NCBI GenBank assembly: GCA_964415135.1
Contig: CAYPZO010000007.1
Location: forward strand, 1-27,007
DNA: 27,007 nt
Reading direction: 5' to 3'
From: an uncultured Desulfurococcales archaeon
GTDB lineage: Archaea; Thermoproteota; Thermoprotei_A; Sulfolobales; WANQ01
Shown piece after piece: positions 18,259 to 26,548 of the stretch. How positions within the stretch are numbered: the first letter of the stretch is position 1; the number at the start of each line of letters is the position of its first letter. Position numbers and translations under genes: made by a program. A model generated the notes under the pieces. That model did not search any database and had not been told where the DNA came from. It saw only the letters and a list, made by a program, of their open reading frames with translations.

Positions 18259-18509
18259 AAGTCGGAAATATTAGAGCGGTAAAACGATATACAGAGTACT
18301 TCACCTTAATAATGTTATGCGAGACTCTATTTAGTAAAGTTTATATTATATAGTAAACTTTATAGGACCAATCCTGGGATTTCCAATCCTCTAAAGTATC
18401 AAGTGTCAAAGAAAGTTGCTTTTCTACGCATCTCCATCTTCCACTTCATTCTACGAAAACCTCTTAATGCACGTTCTCCTATAACTTACTTTATAAATGA
18501 TTATTATTT

Positions 18510-19187
18510 CTACTTCTTGGTTAAGTTGCTTAATATAAAGGCTATCGCCTCGGGCAAGTCTTTGAGTATTTCTTCCACTGATTGACACATAGATGAACTG
18601 GTTATTGGATAAACATAGGTCTTGTTATTGTATACTTCATAACCTAATTTTATCCCAACAGCATAGACATATGGTTGTGTTTTAATCATAGACATACTAT
18701 AGTTAGGGTATGTCTTAGTAAATGTAAGAGTAATGTCTATGCGTTCAAGCCTATCGATGAAATCTTTAAACTTCAAGTATACTGTTTTATTAAGACTAGT
18801 TATTTCTTTAAGTATTCTAGCCATCTTCTCTGTATGGGCTTTAGAGCTAAATACTATTATCCCTTTACCCTCCAAGAACATACTGCCTAGGACTTTAAAG
18901 ACGTTATCGGTGAGATTGGCTTCAGCATCTATTATACATATATCTGCATTTTCTGCTTTCTTAACTAGTATTGCACCTAAACCTTCTAGGTATTTCACTA
19001 AGTTATTTCTAATGGTACTGTTCTTGCAGATGATATATACCTTAATACCAGTTAAGTCCACATGAGATCCTTCTCTTCGTACTTCTTCATGTTTTGGTAT
19101 GTTAATGCTCCATGCAATGACTACTAATATCACGAGCAATATTAAGGCTAATAATAGTACCCTTATGTCGGAAGACATGTACATCAC
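18510..19187 (-). CDS. N-terminally membrane-anchored hypothetical protein (225 aa)
   Basis: One N-terminal TM (VLLLALILLVILVVIAW), then an alpha/beta soluble domain with N-x-S/T sequons. Confidence 0.7.
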   Translation of the reverse strand: MMYMSSDIRVLLLALILLVILVVIAWSINIPKHEEVRREGSHVDLTGIKVYIICKNSTIRNNLVKYLEGLGAILVKKAENADICIIDAEANLTDNVFKVLGSMFLEGKGIIVFSSKAHTEKMARILKEITSLNKTVYLKFKDFIDRLERIDITLTFTKTYPNYSMSMIKTQPYVYAVGIKLGYEVYNNKTYVYPITSSSMCQSVEEILKDLPEAIAFILSNLTKK

Positions 19188-19331
19188 TACACGTATCTCG
19201 CCTTACAATAATTCACATAATACTACGGAGTATATTAAGGGAGCTTAAATGAGACAGTAGAGGTCATTATTAGTCCCGTACATAATATTTACTTAATGAG
19301 ACTCATAGCCTAGGAAATGTTTAATTATTTA

Positions 19332-19390
19332 GTGTCAGATACACCAGGGTTCATCAGTTCTTCAGCTTTGCTACCCTACATCATCCGAGA
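19332..19390 (-). ncRNA. C/D box methylation-guide sRNA
   Basis: Minus strand: C box CGGATGA (19387-19381), guide TGTAGGGTAGCAAAG, D' CTGA (19365-19362), C' TGATGA (19356-19351), guide ACCCTGGTGTAT, D CTGA (19338-19335); intergenic, with an AT-rich TATA-like element about 25 nt upstream. Confidence 0.85.
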
Positions 19391-19455
19391 TTAACCTATA
19401 CGTGTTTAAAGCTATTAAATCTTACAGAACAAGCATAACAAAATGGTGCATATAA

Positions 19456-19989
19456 ATGAGTGAAGGTAAAGATATAGTGCCTATCCACGCTCAAGGATTC
19501 TTCTGTGTACACAGAAGAGGACTTGTAAACCAAATAATAATATATGACTATTACGACCCCAAGGGGTACTATGCGAAACTAATACATAGACCCCTAGACT
19601 ATGAAAATGAAATGAAGAAGCTAGCAGCAAATATGCAGTACTTTCTAGACCAAGAACAAGTACTAATTAATGGAGAAAAAGTAAGACCCATAGTTAAATC
19701 AGTTAGCCTAGACCATAGAGGATTCATGGAAATTGCATACATCACTTACGTAATAGAGTTCAAGGGAAGGTTTAAGAGAGGTGTAAATACTTATGAAAAT
19801 ATCTATGAGGTTGAAGTAGCTGAATACGACTATGAAGTATACTGGATATTCCCACCAAGAACTAAGATAATTGAAGTAGAAGTAGCAGCAGAATACGAAA
19901 TACTCGGTGATGGAAACATACTATTATTCTGGGTTAGAAAAGGAGATAAACTCAAAGGATACGAGAAAATAGCATTTAAATTACCATAA
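19456..19989 (+). CDS. Conserved hypothetical beta-rich protein (177 aa)
   Basis: ATG with GGTG SD; coding-like codon pattern; no motif recognised. Confidence 0.75.
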   Translation: MSEGKDIVPIHAQGFFCVHRRGLVNQIIIYDYYDPKGYYAKLIHRPLDYENEMKKLAANMQYFLDQEQVLINGEKVRPIVKSVSLDHRGFMEIAYITYVIEFKGRFKRGVNTYENIYEVEVAEYDYEVYWIFPPRTKIIEVEVAAEYEILGDGNILLFWVRKGDKLKGYEKIAFKLP

Positions 19990-19991
19990 GT

Positions 19992-20204
19992 CTATTCACT
20001 TAACTCTCTTTCAATAATCTTTTGAGCAATCCTAATTAAGACCTCCCTCCAGTTTGGATCGTTACGTATTTTAGCTATCATAACCCTAAATGGTAGGTCA
20101 AGATACTCTAAAAACATTCCCTTATATTCATGTAATTTAGCCCACTCTATTAAGTCATTAACTGATACATCCTCTCCTTCAACTTCAGCTAAAGTAAATA
20201 GTTT
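19992..20204 (-). CDS. Unannotated 70-codon frame continuing in frame after the radical SAM TAG (readthrough extension, split gene or separate small protein)
   Basis: KLFTLAEVEGEDVSVNDLIEWAKLHEYKGMFLEYLDLPFRVMIAKIRNDPNWREVLIRIAQKIIERELSE*; fills the gap and ends 2 nt from the convergent gene's stop. Confidence 0.55.
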   Translation of the reverse strand, partial: KLFTLAEVEGEDVSVNDLIEWAKLHEYKGMFLEYLDLPFRVMIAKIRNDPNWREVLIRIAQKIIERELSE

Positions 20205-20996
20205 CTAGTACGTGATCTTTCTCGTAAAGAATTTTATTGGATCTACTCCGTAAACGTACATCCTCACTACGGTTGTATCGTAGGGATCGCATATCTCCTC
20301 CTCAAGATTAGCAGCTACCACTACATCAATATCAGCAAGTCTCTTAATAAGCTCCCTCCTCTCCTCCCTAGACATTAATCTAGGATCAGTCATAGCAGCT
20401 ACATGGAAACTTACATTGTATTTCAGGAGATTCTTAATAGCATTGAATGGTAATTCAAATGCTTCAGGTATAGCGCCTGTTCTCATTGTAAAGCATTGAG
20501 GATTACCTGCCTTTAAGCTAACCCTAACATGTACCTTACTATACTTGGATATCTCCTTAACATAATTCTTATCAGCACCAAATAGTATACCATTGGTTTC
20601 AAGTATGAATAGTTTAATCTTGGACTCACGTTCAATAAATTCAAGTAAATGTATTAAGTGATTTCTGCAAAGCGTGGGTTCACATGCACTAATCCTAGCC
20701 TTATTCACGCCCCACCTTCTCGCTGCTCTCAAAATATTCCTATACGCTTCCTCAGCAGAATAGAACTTACCATATATTTCGGGAAAATCCCTACTCCAAT
20801 CACTCCAACAGAAAAAGCATCTAAAGCAACATCCAACAGCATAGCCGGTAGCTATGCCTCTATAAACTCTAGTAGCATAAAATGCTGTATACTTCCTACA
20901 ATCATCTTTACAGACAATCTTCTCGGTAACTCTAGCTAGTTCTAATGGGTCAAATGGTTTGAAATCTCTTGTAAGCATTCTAGTATATTCTCTCAT
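20205..20996 (-). CDS. Radical SAM Fe-S protein (COG5014-like); start probably ATG 20996 or GTG 20999 rather than TTG 21020
   Basis: GIATGYAVGCCFRCFFCW carries CxxxCxxC; RISACEPT, FILETNG, VRVSLKAG; GGAG SD before 20996. Confidence 0.88.
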   Translation of the reverse strand: MREYTRMLTRDFKPFDPLELARVTEKIVCKDDCRKYTAFYATRVYRGIATGYAVGCCFRCFFCWSDWSRDFPEIYGKFYSAEEAYRNILRAARRWGVNKARISACEPTLCRNHLIHLLEFIERESKIKLFILETNGILFGADKNYVKEISKYSKVHVRVSLKAGNPQCFTMRTGAIPEAFELPFNAIKNLLKYNVSFHVAAMTDPRLMSREERRELIKRLADIDVVVAANLEEEICDPYDTTVVRMYVYGVDPIKFFTRKITY

Positions 20997-21041
20997 CACA
21001 CGATTTCTCCAAGAAAACAATATACGGTAACTAAGGATTTA

Positions 21042-22196
21042 TTACTTGCTCTTTTCCCTAGACTTCCTAATCATTTTCCTAACTTCTCTCCAATAATATA
21101 CAAGAGGATTCCTGACATTACACTCACTTACACATAAACCTAAGGTTTTCATGGTAGCACAACTATAGGGCATATATTGTTTCTTTGAACCCCTCAATCC
21201 TGCAAGATGTTCTATCTGATACCTTGCTATTCTCTCATTAAAGTCAGGTACGTTTCTAAAGACATTAAGTACCGACTCTACATCCATACCTATGTGTAGT
21301 AGAAACGTAGCTATAGCAAATCTCTCGTGATGGCTAAGGTTCTCACCATTAACGATAGCATTGTATAACCTACTCATACATGGTGGAAACGCTTCGAGAA
21401 ATACTTGACCCTGAATTCTCTCCTTAAGCTTCTCAAAATACTCCCTAGCTGTTTGAGCACCCTCAATAGCAGCCTTCGATAACATTTCACCTCTAATTTC
21501 CTTAATCATCCCCATTAGTTTATCTATTAATGGTTTAAACTGATCAGGTATTTCCTCTATATACTCTACGCTACTACAAATTCTATCTCTTATGACCTCC
21601 TCGAGTAGTCTAGCAAACTTACGCTTATCTAGATAAACGTAACCCTTCTTAAGGAATTGATTAGTAAGCTTCCATGAAGGATCCTTAGATAGCCTTAATG
21701 TAGCCTTAATATAGTCTACATAGTGTATAGCGTATGGTAGCTCAATATACATAACTTTATCTCTGATTTTCATGTAGGGGATCCTAACTTTCTTTTCACC
21801 TAGATATTGTACATCAATGCCAAGCAATTTACCTATAGCTTCAAGGACAACATCTTCATCCTTAACTAAGTGTTCATAAACTCTCTTAGCTTCAGCATCA
21901 GCATACCTAGTTATAAGCCACTTATCATTGATGAAGCCCAACAATATTAGACTCAAATAGTATGCAAGTACTTCTTCGTCAGTTGATATATCAGCCGGAG
22001 GATTAGGTATAGAACCTTTTTTTAAAGCATTAATTATTCTCTCCTCAGCTCTTTCAACGATTTTCCCTCTAGTGAAGGAAACTATATCTAGAATACTAAC
22101 TCCTTCAGCATACCTTTCCTTGATGAACTTACCTATGTTTACTATAAATGGATACTTCCTATAGTCTATGAAAGCTCTCCTAGCTCTTGAATACAC
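21042..22196 (-). CDS. priL: DNA primase large (regulatory, Fe-S) subunit
   Basis: KYPF at the N-terminus, WKLTNQFLKKGYVYL, FPPCM, NLSHHERF, FNERIARYQIEH, YSCATMKTLGLC. Confidence 0.93.
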   Translation of the reverse strand: MYSRARRAFIDYRKYPFIVNIGKFIKERYAEGVSILDIVSFTRGKIVERAEERIINALKKGSIPNPPADISTDEEVLAYYLSLILLGFINDKWLITRYADAEAKRVYEHLVKDEDVVLEAIGKLLGIDVQYLGEKKVRIPYMKIRDKVMYIELPYAIHYVDYIKATLRLSKDPSWKLTNQFLKKGYVYLDKRKFARLLEEVIRDRICSSVEYIEEIPDQFKPLIDKLMGMIKEIRGEMLSKAAIEGAQTAREYFEKLKERIQGQVFLEAFPPCMSRLYNAIVNGENLSHHERFAIATFLLHIGMDVESVLNVFRNVPDFNERIARYQIEHLAGLRGSKKQYMPYSCATMKTLGLCVSECNVRNPLVYYWREVRKMIRKSREKSK

Positions 22197-22334
22197 GCTT
22201 CTACTCCTATTATCCTATATCATATATTTAATGAGTTAATTAAATAATAGCCTACATTAAGTTTAAAAAGACTACAATATAGTAATACTATGAATACCCA
22301 GATATAAATCAAGAGCTCGTGGGGGTGAGTTAAA

Positions 22335-24050
22335 CTCCCCAAATGGGTTGTATGTTCGGCATGGCCCTACGTAAATACAGTTCCACATTTAGGTAACATG
22401 ATAGGCTCAATACTAAGTGCAGACGTATTTGCTAGATACCTAAGACTAAAAGGAGAAGACATAGTATTCGTCAGCGGAAGCGATGAACATGGAACACCAA
22501 TAGAAGTTGAAGCTAAGAGAAAAGGAATAGAACCAAAACAACTCACAGGCCAAGTACACGAATACGTTTCAGAACTATTCAGGAAATGGAGAATAAGCTT
22601 TAGCAACTATACGAGAACAGAAAGCGAAGTCCATAAAAAGTTCGTACAAGAGTTCTGGCTAAAAATATACAAGAAAGGATACATATACGTACAAGAAGAA
22701 ATACTACCATATTGTCCTAAAGACGACATATTCCTACCAGACAGGTTCATAAAAGGTAAATGCCCATTCTGTGGTTACGAAGAAGCTCACGGAGACCAAT
22801 GCGATAAATGTGGAAGACTACTACACCCAACAGAACTAATAAATCCAAGATGCGTATTCTGTGGATCAAAACCAGTATATAAGAGAACAAAACACTGGTT
22901 CTTTGACCTACCCAAGCTCACGGAAAAACTGAGAAAATGGCTTGAAGAACACTCACAATTCCCTGATAACGTTAAGAGATTCTCATTAAGCTGGGTTAAA
23001 GAGGGATTAAAGCCTAGAAGCATTACTAGGGACAATAAGTGGGGTATACCAGCACCATTCCCAGGATCAGAAGGAAAGACAATATACGTGTGGTTCGATG
23101 CTGTCATAGGGTATATCTCGGCAACAAAAGAGTACGGAGAACGAATAGGTAAACCAGAACTATGGAAAGAATACTGGTTCAACAAAGACACTCGTACCGT
23201 ATACTTCATAGGTAAAGACAACATACCATTCCATGCAGTACTACTTCCCGCCATGATGCTAGCAACAGGAGATCCATATACCCTACCATACCAAATAGCA
23301 GCAACAGAATACCTAATGTTCGAGGGAGAGAAATTCAGTAAAAGTAAAGGCATAGGAGTATGGATTGACGAAGCACTAGAAATAGCCGATGTAGACTACT
23401 GGAGATTCGCATTAATAAGAATGAGACCTGAAGTTAGAGACACAAACTTCACATGGAGAGAATTCTATAGAATAGTAAACAGCGAATTAAACGATGATAT
23501 AGGAAACTACGTTCACAGAGTACTAACATTCACATGGAATAGATATAAAGGTAAAGTACCAGAACCAGGCAAGCTAAAAGAAGTAGATAAAGAATTCATT
23601 GAAAACATAGGGAAGAAGGTAGATGAAGCAGATAAATACTTTAACGAAGTAAGACTCAAACAAGCATCAGAACCCGTTCTTGAAGTAGCAAGACTAGGAA
23701 ATCAATACCTAAATACTAAAGAACCGTGGAGGAAATTCAAAGAAGAACCAGAAGACGCAGCAACAACAATTTACCTATCAATAAACTCACTAAAAACACT
23801 AGCAATACTAATGGAGCCATTCATGCCGGAGATAGCTGAAAAACTATGGAATATGCTGAACCTATCAGGAAGTGTTCATGTAGCTAAATGGAGTGAAGCA
23901 AAGGAATTAACTATAAAGCCAGGACATGAAATTAAGAAACCTCAACCATTATTCAAGAAGCTACCACCAGACTTCTTAGAGAAAGTAAATGATATCTTAT
24001 TAGAAGCTAGAAGAAAAGCGCATGCAAAGAGGCCTAGGGTCCTTGAATAA
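22335..24050 (+). CDS. metG: Methionine--tRNA ligase (short form without the C-terminal tRNA-binding appendix). ORF-track start 22398 is internal; 22335 (CTC) is the putative start
   Basis: In-frame upstream [19 protein letters not shown] contains the HIGH motif (HLGN); also GSDEHGT, Zn knuckles, [14 protein letters not shown] and KFSKS. Confidence 0.96.
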   Translation, partial: LPKWVVCSAWPYVNTVPHLGNMIGSILSADVFARYLRLKGEDIVFVSGSDEHGTPIEVEAKRKGIEPKQLTGQVHEYVSELFRKWRISFSNYTRTESEVHKKFVQEFWLKIYKKGYIYVQEEILPYCPKDDIFLPDRFIKGKCPFCGYEEAHGDQCDKCGRLLHPTELINPRCVFCGSKPVYKRTKHWFFDLPKLTEKLRKWLEEHSQFPDNVKRFSLSWVKEGLKPRSITRDNKWGIPAPFPGSEGKTIYVWFDAVIGYISATKEYGERIGKPELWKEYWFNKDTRTVYFIGKDNIPFHAVLLPAMMLATGDPYTLPYQIAATEYLMFEGEKFSKSKGIGVWIDEALEIADVDYWRFALIRMRPEVRDTNFTWREFYRIVNSELNDDIGNYVHRVLTFTWNRYKGKVPEPGKLKEVDKEFIENIGKKVDEADKYFNEVRLKQASEPVLEVARLGNQYLNTKEPWRKFKEEPEDAATTIYLSINSLKTLAILMEPFMPEIAEKLWNMLNLSGSVHVAKWSEAKELTIKPGHEIKKPQPLFKKLPPDFLEKVNDILLEARRKAHAKRPRVLE

Positions 24051-24492
24051 TCCTCACATGAACCTTAAAGCCCTTAAATAATTTAATTATTTTTTTAATC
24101 ATTTTATTTGAAGACACATAAAGGCGTATTGAATTATTATCTATCTTAACCATAAGCAGGTCTAACGGATTAGATGGAGGATCAGGTATTTCGGGTAAGG
24201 GCTTATTTCTACCAACATATATCCATTTCACTCTACTCGTTTTACCCCTCTTGCCCTCATAAGATAATTTATACCAGTATTTACCGAAGTAGTAATACCT
24301 TCTTATACCGCTGGGAGTTCTCCTAGTTACAATATGCATAGGCTTTAAATAATATCCATAGCTCTTTATCAATTCATTATACCTGTATAATTCAGTCATA
24401 TACCTATCCATAATGTCTCTAAGAACCCTTTCCAGTTTAGCTAGAGGACCAGTAACCTTAATCTCAATATACTTGGTCGCATCATTATCCAT
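24034..24492 (-). CDS. Conserved hypothetical protein with aromatic/basic beta-hairpins (possible nucleic-acid binding)
   Basis: ATG with GAGGTG SD; [12 protein letters not shown] ... [12 protein letters not shown] ... PDPPSNPL. Confidence 0.75.
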   Translation of the reverse strand: MDNDATKYIEIKVTGPLAKLERVLRDIMDRYMTELYRYNELIKSYGYYLKPMHIVTRRTPSGIRRYYYFGKYWYKLSYEGKRGKTSRVKWIYVGRNKPLPEIPDPPSNPLDLLMVKIDNNSIRLYVSSNKMIKKIIKLFKGFKVHVRIIQGP

Positions 24493-24569
24493 TAACTACA
24501 CCTCAAAGAGTACTCTAGGGTAGGTTTTTATGTTGGCATTTAAATTAACTTATACTTAGGCTGATATCC

Positions 24570-25406
24570 TTGTCGTTAAAATTAAAATCAGCTGAATTAC
24601 CAGAAACAGAAGAAGGATTACAATACCACTTAATGGTTAAGCCCGGCGACGTAGCACCATATGTTCTATTACCGGGTGATCCTGAAAGAGTTAAGATGAT
24701 AGCTAAGTACTGGGATGGAGCGAAGCACATTGCAACCCATAGGGAGTTTGTAACCTATACAGGTAAGTATAAAGGAGCACCAATATCAGCTACCTCAACA
24801 GGTATAGGATCTCCTTCAACAGCTATAGCAGTTGAGGAATTATTGAGAGTTGGCGCTCATACATTCATAAGAGTTGGTACAACAGGTGCTATTCAACCCT
24901 ACATAGATATAGGAGATGTAATTATATCTATTGGCGCTGTAAGACTTGAAGGAACAAGTAAACAATATGTGATGGTAGAGTATCCCGCACTGGCCCATTA
25001 TGAAGTAGTCCTAGCACTAATTGAGGCAGCAGAGGAACTAGGAGTAAGATATCATGTAGGTATAACGGCTAGTACTGATAGCTTTTATACAGGTCAAGGA
25101 AGACCAGGATTCAAGGGATATACTCAAAGCTGGATGAAGAACATAATCCCAGATCTACAAGCTGCAAAAGTATTAAACTTCGAAATGGAGGCAGCAACAA
25201 TATTCACATTAGCCAATATTTATGGAGCACGCGCTGGTGCAGTTTGTGCTGCTATAGCGAATAGAGTTACAGGAGAATTCATACCAGGAAAAGGGGTGGA
25301 AGACATGATAAAAGTTGCTAACGAAGCCGTTAGGATACTCTATGAATGGGATGAGATGAAGAAGAGTAAGGGAAAGAAATACTTCTATCCTAAACTACTA
25401 AGATAA
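24570..25406 (+). CDS. udp: Uridine phosphorylase (NP-I family)
   Basis: QYHL, LLPGDPERV, HREFVTY, STGIGSPS, FIRVGTTG, VRLEGTS, DSFYTGQ, NFEMEAA. Confidence 0.9.
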   Translation: MSLKLKSAELPETEEGLQYHLMVKPGDVAPYVLLPGDPERVKMIAKYWDGAKHIATHREFVTYTGKYKGAPISATSTGIGSPSTAIAVEELLRVGAHTFIRVGTTGAIQPYIDIGDVIISIGAVRLEGTSKQYVMVEYPALAHYEVVLALIEAAEELGVRYHVGITASTDSFYTGQGRPGFKGYTQSWMKNIIPDLQAAKVLNFEMEAATIFTLANIYGARAGAVCAAIANRVTGEFIPGKGVEDMIKVANEAVRILYEWDEMKKSKGKKYFYPKLLR

Positions 25407-25421
25407 CTAGGTGAAATTAAC

Positions 25422-25973
25422 ATGATTGCGCGTGAAGAAGCATATAATCTACTTACAAAGTATTTAAAGAACGATAAATTAGTAAAACATTGTTTAGCCG
25501 TTGAAGCAATAATGAGAGCACTAGCGAGGGAGCTCGGGGAAGATGAAAACCTCTGGGGTCTTGTAGGACTACTACATGACCTAGATTACCAGCTAGTCAA
25601 TAAGGATATGAGTAGGCATGGGCTTGTAACCGCAGATATACTAAAAGACAAACTTCCCCCTGAAGCCCTAGACGCTATTAGAGCTCACAATGAGCTAACA
25701 GGATATAAATGTGAAACTAAGCTCGCCTACGCGCTTAAGGCGGCTGATCAAATATCAGGACTAATAATTGCAACAGCGCTGGTAATGCCGCATAAGAAAC
25801 TCGAAGAAGTTAAAGTTTCATCGCTAAGAAAGAAGTTTAAACAAAAAGACTTCGCACGAAACGTTAAGAGAGAAAAGATACTGTTGTGCGAAAAACTTGG
25901 ATTAAGCCTAGAAAAGTTTATGGAAATATCGCTAAACGCGCTAAAGCAAATACCTGACCAGCTAGGACTATAA
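25422..25973 (+). CDS. HD-domain metal-dependent phosphohydrolase (HDIG type)
   Basis: KHCLAVE, GLLHDLDY, HG, AIRAHN, AADQISG; AGGTGA SD. Confidence 0.88.
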   Translation: MIAREEAYNLLTKYLKNDKLVKHCLAVEAIMRALARELGEDENLWGLVGLLHDLDYQLVNKDMSRHGLVTADILKDKLPPEALDAIRAHNELTGYKCETKLAYALKAADQISGLIIATALVMPHKKLEEVKVSSLRKKFKQKDFARNVKREKILLCEKLGLSLEKFMEISLNALKQIPDQLGL

Positions 25974-26039
25974 AGTAAAACCCCATAAAAATAAATATTC
26001 AGCCATGTATAGCTCTAAGGGGGTTGAGGTGCAAAAAAC

Positions 26040-26408
26040 TTGACGAGAGACCAGCTAATAGGAGCAATCCTGCTCATAGCTTCAATAGTAGTAATCATAG
26101 TCTATGGATGGCTAATGTTCATGCCACCACCATTACAAGTACTAGGGCTACCCATAGACGTCTTCCTTACAAAACTAACATTATTCCTAGGAATACTCGC
26201 AGTATTCGGTATCCTAGGATGGATAGGATATACACTCGCAACAACACCACCACCAAAACCTATTGAGGAGATAGAAAAGGAGCTTGAAGAAGAATTAAAG
26301 AAGCTTGAAAAAGAAATAGAGAAAGAAAAGGTGGAAGGAAAGAAAGAGAAGGAAAAGAAGGAAGAGAAAAGGGAAGAAGGGAGAGAGGAGGAAAGGGGAG
26401 GTCAGTAA
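26040..26408 (+). CDS. Two-TM archaeal membrane protein with a TTPPPKPIEE motif and highly charged tail
   Basis: TTG with GAGGTG SD; two hydrophobic helices, then an E/K/R-rich C-terminus. Confidence 0.8.
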   Translation: MTRDQLIGAILLIASIVVIIVYGWLMFMPPPLQVLGLPIDVFLTKLTLFLGILAVFGILGWIGYTLATTPPPKPIEEIEKELEEELKKLEKEIEKEKVEGKKEKEKKEEKREEGREEERGGQ

Positions 26409-26455
26409 GAGCGTCTAACATCACGTATTCAGCAGATTGGTCGGCTCATCACCAA
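26399..26455 (-). ncRNA. C/D box methylation-guide sRNA
   Basis: Minus strand: C box GTGATGA (26452-26446), guide GCCGACCAATCTG, D' CTGA (26432-26429), C' GTGATGT (26424-26418), guide TAGACGCTCTTA, D CTGA (26405-26402). Confidence 0.85.
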
Positions 26456-26548
26456 ACATTTTTATAATAAATTAGAAGTTATTAAGTGATAGCCTAATAA
26501 TTTAATAGTTATGTACTTAAAGACGAAGAAAGGTTATGTAATTCTCAT

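Noticed and set aside
18363-18509. Possible pseudogene fragment on the minus strand (MKWKMEMRRKATFFDT*YFRGLEIPGLVL*)
   Set aside because: Very short, with no recognisable homology.
20205-20207. Genome-wide TAG recoding (pyrrolysine)
   Set aside because: cas4 and leuS end at TAG exactly where homologs end, no other in-frame TAG extensions were seen, and there are no pyl genes in the window.
152-24050. Tail-to-tail gene overlaps (152-171, 9744-9766, 12981-12986, 24034-24050)
   Set aside because: Ordinary for compact archaeal genomes.
974-26266. Numerous short overlapping ORFs in the six-frame track (e.g. 1307-1708, 1709-2155, 4039-4434, 14811-15149, 16904-17323, 22787-23353, 26024-26266)
   Set aside because: Antisense or alternate-frame shadows of well-supported genes, with no motifs or SD support.
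26333-26401. 69-nt purine-only tract (possible triplex DNA)
   Set aside because: Fully explained by the E/K/R/G-rich protein tail it encodes.
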